A stretch of 64,000 nt of DNA from Fimbriosthenelais zetlandica (lineage: Eukaryota): positions 5,890,001-5,954,000 of the forward strand of contig OZ365115.1 in assembly GCA_977030845.1 (NCBI GenBank), in the 5' to 3' direction. A program made the position numbers and the translations under genes. The first letter of the stretch is position 1. Each line of letters begins with the position of its first letter. The notes beneath the pieces were generated by a model. It saw nothing but the letters and a program-made list of their open reading frames with translations. It was not told the DNA's origin and ran no database searches. This document shows, one piece after another, positions 31,601-44,100 of this stretch.

Positions 31601-34600
31601 AAGGTCTTCTTCTATGATTCTTTAATGTTAGGAAATGTTGTAGACAACATGCACAAAAATTTTATTACATAGAAACATGAACCAGAATAAGATGTGTAAA
31701 ACCTAATTAAGTATTATATATTCAGAAGTCATTCATTACCTATAAGTCTTAGAAGACTTTCAAAAGCTGTTTATTGGGTAACATGGCTACGATATTTCAG
31801 GTTTTAAGTCCAAGTATGACCTTCTGAAGTTTAAGAATCAGACATGTAAATGCCATAGGACTTCCTTTTATCATCTATACATCGAAAGTAGGAAAATTAA
31901 ATAGATACTTTCCTTCGCATTCATTGATGACAGTCTGCCACTGGGCTGTCATATAAAAACATGGAACATGAAATACATTATACTGATCATTCAGAAGCGG
32001 CCTCTTGTGTAAGTCCTACCTTCAAAGTATATGCATTTAATGGCAGCAGAAAGCGCCAATGTATTTTCTATACTTTCGAGCATTTGCTGGCGAGGCAATG
32101 AAACATCCCTGCAGCAAAGACTAATCCTTTTCAAGTAATATTCCTGGAATAAACCACTTTCTCCTTTACTGAATTCCACCAATAACAGTAGGCCTATGCT
32201 TTGTCAACTATGACTTTCTAAATAGTGAGGCCCACTTTGGTAACCCACAAAATACTTTCCAAAGACTTTTTTCATGGCCAACAATTCAATCGCGCCAAAG
32301 CAATGATCAAGCGTGACCCTATACGAAGTATGGGGCCTGAAGCAAATGTCATTGAAACTCAAAATGCAAATAATTAAGAACAATTGTCTTTGAGTCTAAC
32401 TAAAGTTCCAGGGATTTTATGCCTTCTGTGCGTAGTATCTCAATATCTGAGAAAAGTTTTGCATGCTCCGTTTGTCAGCAAAATTTAATAGCTTCACTCT
32501 GGATTTAAAGATCTTTAACTGAAGGGTTTAGAGTTCTTCACATATTCAATTTTTTAAACCAAATAGTTGTCAAAGCGGAGGCAAATGTCAATATACTGTC
32601 TGTGCTAATCTATTTAGAAAGGCATTCAACGAATTCCTCAAAAATGGCATCTGATCGGGAGGTTTTCTCTGTCTCCATCCTTAAGCCTTATTTATTCGTT
32701 ATATGAATTGAAGGTTACATTAGGATTGGTTTACTATAGGTCTATACATACAGAATATTTTAAAGTACTTTTAAAGAGACGGACTAAGTACAATTGTCCC
32801 TCCCAAAAACATGTTCAGTCAATATCACAATCACAACCACATAACTACCAATTGCAGTATCTATGAATATCTTGGTAGCTGAAGCATAATATTGAGATAA
32901 ACAAAATAAATTCCAATTAAGCAGGCATGGTAAGTAGGTCTTGCAGTCAACCTTTCCATTCTGATAAATCAGTTTTAAGCTTCAGTCTTTCCCAGTATGT
33001 CATCAACAAAATTACCTAGGACATGCATTCGTTTTAGGAATCAAATATAGGTCTATGCAACAACCACACCTGATCAGATTGGAATAGTGCTATTTAGTGC
33101 TTCTATGTTAACAAAGTCTTCATTTTACAAAATGTATAGAAACTCTAGGGTAAGAATATTTCGGCTACTGAATTAAGTATAAACATTACCAGCAGCAGTA
33201 ATCCAGCTTTCGATTTTCATTGTTAGTTCTTGGAATGATCCAATGTAAAATACCACGTCCTTAACATATATCTTACATCTAATCAATCGGTTGAAAAAGA
33301 AATGTCATTCCACTTTGACTATTCCTCTGACATTTCATATTTGAATAACATTTTCCTCTCTCGAGAATTCTTCAAACAGGATATATATTTTCAAAGAAAT
33401 TTCTATCGATCCTGGACTTATATAGATTCATAAGAAGATGTCACAGTGTATCTTTTCTTTTTCAACCGAAAGTTTCCGCGATTTAACATCTCCGGTCCTT
33501 GAAATAAGAATATATAATTCTTGTCACCCTACATAAGAGATATCACTCATATGGTGTGCGTGAATTGTGAGAAAAGTCTTCCCATCGAAGACACAATCTA
33601 CAGTACGTTAATTGGAAATCATCTACCACAATCCACTGATTCATAAATGCTCTCAGGTATTCAAGGATAAAGCTTGTAATGTATACAGCGCTAAGCCTGA
33701 CGTCATGTATTCACATCTTAAGCATTAGAGCCAGGCTGAGTCGAAACATGACTTCAGCTCATTTCAATATATCAAGAAGGTATACTTTTTGATATGTTAG
33801 TTGACTTTTCGCCCCATGGATACAGAGTCTAGCAAATGCATCGTGTATTATAATATGCCACAAAATGACTTACATAACTATAGATCGACGAGGCAGCTTC
33901 AGTCTCCTCGCGAACCATAGAAGCGATCTTTGCTCTAAATCTAGTACGGTATCAAGTTTATATTTATAGATGGTCACATACAATCGTGTCGTCGTGGTGG
34001 AAATGTTGGCAACAATTTAAATACCCCCATTGCCCTTGTGGATACAGTACTGGCATATTTAATACTGTAACTTTTAACATGGAAAAGAGAAACCTTAATT
34101 TCTCATTATGAATTAGAAGTTATTTCTCAATGGGTAAACGACGCCGGAATAAGTACAAAAAAAGTCCTCAAATTAGGAATAAACAATAAAAATCCATTCT
34201 AAAGTATCGATTTTGAATGGACTCATTTTATCGATATTATTGCTGGATGATAAAGTCACTTACAACAAAGTACGTTATGTCTACACAGTTATGGTAGTCT
34301 TCAACCTGCCTGAATGTGCAGTCTGCCTGAAATTGACAAGTCCCATGCCCACTGGACCATTTCCCCGATGTACGTCAGTCATATGCCAGGTCCAACTGTC
34401 AACTGTTTAAGGGCCATTGACAGGCAGACCTGACGTTGCCTATGTCAAGAAAACAGTCCAGTAGACTGAAAATATCAAGATTCCACTCAAATAAAAAAAA
34501 ATCTTCATGTCATACTGTACATAAGTAACGTAAATAGATGGTGTGTCATCCATCATAATAAGATTACCTAAGTAGGAGTAAGGTCTCCTTGCAAACATCA

Positions 34601-35524
34601 GTTGGTGATAATCATCCCCGGAAAAATGTCTGTATTATAATTCAGCAGCTGATTCATGTAATCCTTAACATCGTGTCGAAATGTACTGAAAACGGACAAA
34701 GCTACGGTTCTTTGTCCTTCCACGTCCAATGGATACACATTGGGTGTCAATAAAATAGCTGTGGCTACTGAGTCATCTTACCTCAACATGGTCACCGTTC
34801 GCGTAGCAGACAAGCTTTAGCTGAAATATTCATTATCAATCCTAAAGTATGGGTAAAAAACAGAATGGACGAGGCTGAGGCTTGCCTTACTACTGACTCG
34901 TACCAGTCTGTGAAACTCATGACATGAAAATGGCCCAAAAATGTGTTAATGGGTAATTAATTACAAGAGCAGCCACCAGGGCTTTGTTGATGGAAAGCTA
35001 AAGGTCGTTTTGCTGTAACCAAGGGAGACTAGCTCCCTGGGACTTTTGTAGAATGAGCTTTCCTACACCGTTTAAAAAGACAAAAGGTTATAATTGCAGA
35101 TATACAGGCAAACTACTATTAGGCAATCAGGTTTGTCTCTACCATAACCTATTGAGTCTGGAATCTCGTCCAAAGTCCATTTTTTCTATGTACACAGGAA
35201 ATGAGAATGAATTTTGGTGAGGCACCAACAAGGAACCGGAAACCACAGTTGCAATGGCGATGTCCTCATATTCATTGTTCGTGAATGATAGCTACATCTT
35301 TGTAACTGATTTCCAAACAACCCAGGGTTGTAATGTGGCCTGCCTTTGTTGTGCAGTAAAAGAGTCATGTCTAAGTCAATATTCAGGCTAGGCAATGATA
35401 ACACAGGAAAAAGGTGCTATCAAAATGATGCTGTATGGTAACGGATTAATGTACCTTATACATCCTACAGTGGATGGTTGAATACATACCCGTACCAGTC
35501 AGTATTATTTATCATCCTTTACCG

Positions 35525-38119
35525 CTAGGTGGGTGGCACCATGTGGAGGAAGAGGGCAGTCTGGACACAGAAGGCCAGCACAAAAAACAACCAGAAAAAG
35601 ATGCGGTCGCACAATTTACTTATTAGCTTCCATTCAATCTCCACTCTGTCAAGGTCAAGTTCACGTGATCCATAGCCGCGATGGTCAGAGCGATGGTCGC
35701 GAGTCTTGCAGTGGCAGCAGCAGCCGCACGTGAGGGAATCCAGTTCGCCGTCCGTGATTGACATCACGTCCACCTGCCGTCCATTGCAATCCTGCTTCCG
35801 GTCGCGGGAATTGCGGGAGCGTGGGGGCTCTGGAGGAAGCACACTTCCATTGGCATACATGCGCACTGCGATGATTGAAAGCCATCTGGGCGGGCGCGAG
35901 CCCGAATCCTTCTTTCCGTAGACATTAGTGGTAATAACCGCCATGACGAGTGCTATAGTCACCATCACCATGGTCGACCCGAAGAACATACCTGAAATAA
36001 GCAGGTATGGTATATGTCATTTCCCTTTCCTTCCCTTCCAGTATACAGATAATTCATTAGTCTGAAGTTATTCTATTCAACAACATTGTGTTGTCTATGT
36101 ACAAGTTACATTACTTATAAAAATCTATACAATCTCGACCTGTACTGGAAGATTTAAAATTGCCTGAAATGGTAAATTTTATGAAGTTTTCCTGATTTTC
36201 CTGCCACCTACCTAGTACAGGGATAGCGTCCGGTGTAGGAGGCATGGTCTCTCCTACCATCAAAAGGAAGACCACCAGGGCCAGCAAGATCGTCGTCTCT
36301 AGGTTTACTTTCTCTCCGGATTCAACCGGGAGGAAGAAACCTAAAAACGAGATAAGAAATATCAGGAAACAGGGGGCGATCAGGTTCACGATGTAAAAAA
36401 GACTGCCTCTGCGCATGTGGATCGTGAACGTTACATCTGGGTAGGGCTCCTTGCAGCAAGCATAATACTTCTCGTTGCGCTGAGCGCTTATTCCATCTAC
36501 CGCCCATTCCTGGTTCTCTGGCCTGTAATAGACGCTGTTCTTAAAACTCGTGTTGTAGAGTACATCCAACTGGTCGCCGCTAAAGGTCCACGATATAAAA
36601 ACGATCTCGCAGTTCTGCGAATCAAAAGGGAAGTACTTGACATTGAGGGTACAGTAGGTTTTGATGAGCGCTGGATAGAGCCAAAGAACATCTCCACTTG
36701 CTGACACAATCGTATTGGTGACCATAAAATCGTTAAACTTGTCACCAGCACTGCAAAAGAGAAGAGAAAATGATTTAAAATTAACTTATATGACCAAGCA
36801 TATACTACATGGACAGCTTATGATATATAGTTTGTCTTCCAATGCCGTCATACTTCGGTAAATCTTTCTTTTGATATGATAATGGTATGTACAAAAAAGG
36901 CTAGCAAATAGCTATAGGCGACATACTGGCATATGTTTCTAGGCCAGCCTATTTGAAAAAGTCCATGTGCATGTATCCATGTGCTGATTTGAATGCTGCA
37001 TCAGACACACTTGTCCATGTAACGCCGTTCATTTAGAAATGAAAAAACACAAATACAAATATTGATTATTCTAATCTCCAGCTGAGAATGCCTTTACTGC
37101 TGCCACATGCACAGTAACCAGACGCTCCTAAGTGTCTATGTCTCATCTGTCCCCTTACTACAATCATGCAGGCCCCAGATATCAGGGGAATTGGGAGGAA
37201 ATTGCTTCATTTTCAACCCTTAAGCCCTCTCAAGTGTTTTTTGCGCTTTTTTTGTCAACCAAGCCAACATAAATCAAGAATTGACAAATGCAGTGGGTGG
37301 AAAGTAATTTTAAATGGTACACTAAGTTAGTGCCAAGCGACAAACCGTTCTTGGGACAAAAATTGATTGCCAGTCTCCCCTTATTTCAGTCACGTCTGTC
37401 ACATATTAGTATAAAGTTGGAAAACTCGAGGGAATCAAGGAAACTGAAAGCAAATGAACAAGTTGTCTTTGTCTGGCAACGCCAGCGGGGAGAAGGACAG
37501 ACGGAAAGACAGAAATTGGTGGACGTACAAATTGGAAATGACTAGATCTGGAGTCCATATTTGGTTGGCTGGAATTCTGATCGTGCTCACTCCCCCATAT
37601 TCGGTTGCGTTCCACACTAAGTACTCGTCTACCCATCGCTGAAAGAAAAAGTCACTGTCAGCTTCCAAAGAAAATGCTCCAATCTCAATAGTAAATTCAT
37701 ACTATAAATTGGTCAACTGTAGGCCTACTCAAGTTATGACTGTAATTTAATATCAGATCTCTAATGAATCAAATGATTTGGATATAAAACGCTGACTTAC
37801 CTGACGGATAGCGAGTAAACTAGTGAACGTCTGTTCTTTTTCGTTCTGCAAGTGGAAAAATATGAAATAAGACGACACATTTTTGTGGATCAATAAGAGT
37901 TGTATCTCAATATAATTTAGTTTTCATAATAATTATTGTGAATGCCCACCGTATCCAGGATGTGGTAGAGTGATATGGCCACGTTGACGTTGACAGGGGT
38001 GGAGTCATTACGTACGGGACGTGTAGTTTTGTCATAGTGACGTAATATGAGACGCTTGATCTTGTATTCGTTGGATCGCACCACTCGTGACTTCCGCCGA
38101 GCATTTTTCACTCCACTCA
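35525..38119 (-). CDS. Nicotinic acetylcholine receptor alpha-type subunit (divergent, alpha9/10-like), 5'-partial
   Basis: Exons 38119-37950, 37845-37801, 37638-37529, 36750-36212, 35991-35525. Motifs: RPVRNDS, WTPD, Cys-loop CTLNVKYFPFDSQNC, loop B WTF, loop C YYACCKEPY (vicinal cysteines = alpha type), M1 YIVNLIAPC, SGEKV-M2, M3 and M4 (DRIFFWLF). The phase-1 acceptor at 38119 implies an upstream signal-peptide exon that I could not identify. Confidence 0.93.
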
Positions 38120-41100
38120 CTGCAAAGAAGCGAAAAATCAATTTATATCTAGCCATACTATAGACCAATATCAAGTGAAATATTAAGGTTTAAGGCCTAA
38201 TATTGATTTTTTTAAATTATCAATTTCTGCAATTACATATTGTTGCCCAGTGGTAGGCAGAGCAGGAGCTACTAACGCTAAAATGGAACCACGATTGAAC
38301 AATAAAAACATTCCTTCTAAAGGAATTTTTGTGAAAGAAAAATATGCAGGAAGAGTTTAGCCTAGGCGATTGGCATCATATCACATTTCACCAAGAAGCC
38401 AACCAGTCATCATGACAAGAAACCAAACAAGAGGCCACTGACCCACCGCCCCCTGTCCAGTACACAGAGTGGACCCTCCTAGTTGACTCTTTTATGTCCT
38501 GCCTGGAAACTCAGATCTGATAGTGTCTGATAGTATCCATAAACCGTCTAAACCTTGTTGCCTTTGCCCCTGGCCGGACCTGAGCATCTAAATTGCTTGG
38601 AGAAGATTGCCAATGGCCTGCCTTGCCTTCTCCAGCTGATCGGATGATGGGCAAGCGTCTCTAAGAGCATCCGCCTCATTCCTGTCAGGCAGCCCCAATT
38701 GTTGCACTGGCAACAAGACAGTTGCAGCCAATTGTTGCCTTGGTAACAAGTTGGCCCCATTTTACCTTCCGAGGTTCTGGTTAAGTCTCATGAGGAGCCT
38801 TACTGTCACCGTGTGGTCAGTTTGAAATTTGACGATGATGTTTGTCATTCTTAGTTTACTTTTGGGTGCGTAATTGTCTAATCTCGTGAGGAAAACCAAT
38901 AACGATGCATCACAGTAATGTTTGGGTGATAATAGTATTTTATTCCTATCCTGGCTCTATATGTTCCGCACATCTGCCACTTTGTGCATGACCAGAACTC
39001 GTTTTGTCCAGAAAACCACTTCATTTGACATGCATGTTAAGCAGCAGTTCTGTTACAAGGCGCTTTTTCCTTAGGAAAAACCTGGTCTAAGGAAAAACTA
39101 AGGGATTTCAATATGACAATGACTTTACAGATTTGTTACTGGAAGAACGTGTGTCTCGCATCATTTGTGAGACACAATAAAATATGTAGATTATCCTTGT
39201 GGATGTTTCCTTATCTCACTTGTGATGCGACCCGGAGTATATCCTTGTTAGTCTGGTGTTCCCCTTGGGGCTACGATCTCGTGTCTCGATCCCAGAACGA
39301 ACCCAAAACGCTCCCAGTTTTCCATCAGAATGGGCACCCATGCAATTCCCAGTAGGAAGTAACCACAAACCCCCCATTCTTATAGACGATGCATCAGCTT
39401 CCAACCCACACAAACCAACTTGATATATACTTGTGAAAAGCTGACGTCAATTTCGTTGTTTCTCAACTCCTGTTTGACTACCTGGCCTTCTGAAGCTGTA
39501 TCCAACTGATAACAAGTGGACAAACAGCCGGCCACATTTATCGTGGTTTGCCGCCATTTGTGATGTGGGTCAGGACATGATGAATGGCTTATCACTCATT
39601 GTTCTGATGTAATCTTACAGTCTCTCGTCCTGGCTTTATCAATGTCTGGCACTGTCTACACCTGTCCCGGGAGACCGGGCGGTTAGAGGACGCACTGGGT
39701 ACGGCGACACCGCCACCCCGCTCTCCCATAAATGTCCCAACACACCAACTCCACCTGCAGGGGAACACAAGTTCAGCCAATGACATGTGACAGACACGAG
39801 TTAATGGACTCTGTTTTAACTGAATCCCAATAACTACATTGATGCTCAGTTATATATTATGTAGTCCCATATACCCTTCCATATCCTGAAACTTTCCACA
39901 TATATATTTTATATATTTCTGAAGGTATCTGGATGGTATCTTCAGAAACCAGGGGTAACTTCTGTAAAATCAATTTGAAACTACTATACTTCCAGCAGCC
40001 TTGCCCTCCCCTTCCTCTCAACAAGTTTGTAAGTGTTGCAAGCAACTGACCATCAGCTGTGTCGCTCGGGGAATGCCGATAATGACAGACTAATGAACTT
40101 TCTACCAGGCCTGATTACATACTGTCAACCTGATACAACTTATAGTTTCTTGTAGATCTATACAAGTATCAAAGTCAACCAAATAAAGCAGTATGATGAA
40201 AGTACACATATAAAAACTGTCATTTCTTCCATATTGACATGAAATAATTTTTCCTTCAGGATTGGTATAGTAATCATTACAAGCTACCAATTCCAGTACC
40301 TGGTACATGACGGAACTAACATACCTGGATACAAAGCGATTGGGATATGTTCCTATTATTTTTCAGGAGGCTGATCAATTGATTATGATCAATTTAGAAG
40401 CCAACCTGACATACAAGGACACCACAAATGGACCTTATTTCGGGTACCATCCCCAAAAGTATCTCATCAAAATGTTTTTAAAAGCATCTGGATTCCTTTT
40501 ACAAGATTCACAGCAGTGCTGATACATTTTGCATTATGTTTTACAGTGTATAAATTGTAATTTGTGTGGGTGTGTTATGGCAGGACCAGCAGAGTGAGAC
40601 CCCCTCTGGTCAGATTTCAAGGACGGGGAATAGAGAACTGGAGAAGCAGGTAATCATCTAAATGGCGCCAATCTCAGAGCTTAATCAGTGATAAGCAAGC
40701 GATGGCTGTTCTGATTAACTGGCCTTTTCCTCCTCAGGACTTCCTATTATAACTTGAATCTTAAGTCTTGTGGACCTTACTGCACTTACCCTGCACAATA
40801 TAATTGCTCCAACTGTTATGCATTACGATGTTCCATGCAAATATTGCACATTTTTTGCATCGTTTTTGCTACATAGTTTATCAGTTATATAGGCTACGTA
40901 TAAGAATTCGCTTGCCAAAGTATCGAGCTGCAAATGCCCCAACAAAATCTAAGAACAAGTGGGATTTCTCTAGTACCACAGATCACCCATTAACAATTTA
41001 TTAAAAGACGTTGAACACCACACGTGACTCAGTTGCCATGACAAACCACTTACCCATGTTTTTCACCTTTTTAAAAAGACCTAAGTTTTTCTTGAGGGTC

Positions 41101-44100
41101 ATAATTTATTTGGAACCTATTCATTATTCCAGACAGTCAACCAGACAAAAATATCACATTGGATTATTTTTATCCGATGATCAATTATATCTCCGACTGG
41201 CCCGAGAGTAGATTAATTTGTTTATTTCCTCAGGCTGACTGAATAAATATTGGTTTTAATCAATGTAGAAACCAGATCCATGTCATTGTCACAGGATTTT
41301 GATCCAACAAAGAGTCTTTTAAGTATTGGCTTTTTTTAAGGTCGGAAGCTGCGGGTGGGTAGCTTTTTTGTGGGAGATTAAAACTGACTTCTCACCAAGA
41401 TAAATGACCCAGAGACGAGGCAATGAGAAAGGGGAAGAGAGAGGGGAGGTATAGGATATAGGAGGATAGGAGTGGGAAGTAGGGAGAGACTCTGTGTCAT
41501 TTGGCAGGACATGCAGAATTGAAGCTCCCGTCCTTGCGCCCCCTGCTGTATGCTCATGACAGTCACGTTGTTCTGCCTTCAGGAGACCACCTCAATTGTT
41601 GGAGATGATACCAGAAAAGATGAAGAATACACTCATCTATCATCACCAGAAGCCTGCTGGTTGTCACCTGTAATGAGGGTGATTTCCTCTAATTTTGTAC
41701 ATGCTCAGATGAAGCTTCATGTGTGAAGCTAGCCTTGTTAAATCTCACGGCTCTGTGCGCAGCCGCATTGTGAAACAGGGTCACTGTGTTATGAAGGATA
41801 AAGGGGCAGATGACGGACAATTCCCTCAAAGGCTCCTGTCACTGCATGCTCAATGACCCATGTATAACAACGGCAATCTGGATATGAATGACATCTTGAG
41901 TCTTGACACCATAATCACGTGGTGCAGCCTTCTGCAGTGCATGATGAAGCATTCTGTCTTTGAGAGATAGATCTAATTCTTCTGTTCACCCGTGTGATTT
42001 CTGAAGTGCCTTTAACTCGGTTCTTCTTTAGTGTGCCCATGCATGAAACGTTTCGAAATCTGCCACCTCTCATCTGTAATAATTTCATTTCCAATTCTGT
42101 TTTGCAGGTCTATTTCAATTAAATAATCTCATTTGATCTGGTTTATTAGGGTTTGCGATGAATCATGAGGGAAAACCAGGCCACATGTCCAGGACCTTGA
42201 CAGGTCCTATAACACAATAAGACCATATAGAGCAGGACCCTCTGGTCAGAATCCACCTGTTGTTGGTAGACTAGGGTATGAGGATAGAGGGGTGTCTGGT
42301 CAGGCTGATAAGGGTCCACCCCAGTCTCACAGGGGACCATCAGGGCAGGTTGATAAAGCCATATTTGCAACCCTGGTAGATCGTAAGCTTCCCCTTCATG
42401 ACTTCATCACACCACCCAAAACCAGATATGTCAGCCGATCAGATGATGTTCTCACGAAAGTGTCAAACATTTTTTCAGTAGTTTGGAGTTTTAACACTAC
42501 TATTATCAATCACAATGTAAATTGTTCTCAACGGAATCTATTTGAAACTGCTGATGAAGGCTCTGAATTACACAATCTTGCTGAGTCATTTGATACCTCC
42601 TTTATTAATTATACCAAGTTGAGGTTTTAATGAAAAGATTTGAAAAAATATAATACTCAGGCAATTGTTTCATTAATTGGGAATTGCTTCATCCCGGAAA
42701 TAGCATCATTTGCAGCAACCCTGCTATTCAAAACAGTTCTCTTTGTATCTCTGAATGTTTCTTGAAGGAACCAAGTCCACTGTACTGAATATACGTGTAT
42801 ACCCTTTCACATTGTTGCCAAGTACACCTCTCTGACTGGCCATTTGGTTCCATATTCCACCGCCGCCACCTCCTCCTCCATTTGGCACTGCACTATTATT
42901 GCCACCCTCCCTGTGACACATCAACACATCAATATCCATCCGATCTGAAAACGAACATGTCTTCTCCAGCCCCTCTCACACCGATCACTAAGTCTGTGTC
43001 CTGTAGACACTGTCCTGTATCTTGCGCTAATTGGTGGACGACATCATCCAAGAATGCGGCGCCGACAATTGTTCTGGTGCAGCGGAGAAATGGCAATTTC
43101 CTGTCAATGACAAAGGTGAGCCGCGGAATGACGTCCAACGACAATGGTGCGACTCTAACTAAATGGCGGTTGGCAGGAATTGAACGATTCATCAGCGCCA
43201 CCTCTTGTCGTGCCAATGAACTGTTGCTGTACGCACATGACACAGACGTCTGTGGGGCTCGTTCTCAATAGACCCAACTTGTGTGGGCGATAATAGGGAT
43301 GCAAGAGAAGGCCACTCAATGTGGCTCCTTTACCACAGAGTACAAGCATGAAGATCCTTATCTGTATGAAAGGAGAAGGAAAGCAATACACGGAAAAAGG
43401 TCCTTTAAGACTTTTTCTTATTCTTCAAATTGTGTAGGCAAAAATGTTAGGCCCTGAAAAAAGTTATGCCTCCAAGGGGTTGCTGTTTGAAGCTCTGTCT
43501 AGGTGGGTTGTGAACATGATAATTGGGTTGGCCAGTGCAGACTTAAATCCCAATACACTTGTTCACTTATCCGCCATTGCTCTGATCATTTTAGAGGCAT
43601 CAAGGACAGTGGACCTTGACTATCCCCCTGCCTTTAACATATAAGGGCACCATTCCGTAGATGTCTCTTTCCTTCCTCCCCCGTTCATTTAAATCCCTCC
43701 CTCCCTCCAACTCCATCCAACCCCCCACCAGGTAATTGGTTGAGAAGAAGGTAAGTTAATTTAGCCGCTTCTGAAGACCTCCTGCCAGATGAGGCATCCT
43801 CTAAAACATCAAGGACATGACCAACTTCCGGTCTATTCCCACATCCTCCCCCTGATAGGCAATGATATTGAGGAAGTGGTCGGAGGGGAGGCTCTTCACG
43901 TCTGCAAAGTGACTTGCTGACCAAATATAGATTTTGAACATTTGTAAGAAGAAGTGAACTTTAGTCCACCTAAAGATACGAGTAAATCAGAATGACGGGA
44001 ATTCCTGTAAATGAAACTCATTTTTATCACCTTGTAATTTACTATCCTTGTAAACTCAAACTATTTTTTCTTATTGATTTAAAAAAATTTGAATATAAAT

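Noticed and set aside
38230-38320. MFLLFNRGSILALVAPALPTTGQQY as the nAChR signal-peptide exon
   Set aside because: Its donor is phase 0, whereas the 38119 acceptor needs phase 1 (the splice would create TGA).
42724-43400. Decayed LINE reverse transcriptase or Tc1 transposase remnant (HQNNCRRRILG; IEWPSL..IEN)
   Set aside because: Only short, ambiguous motif resemblances in frames broken by stops; no YADD or DDE core visible. A RepeatMasker or tblastx search would be needed.
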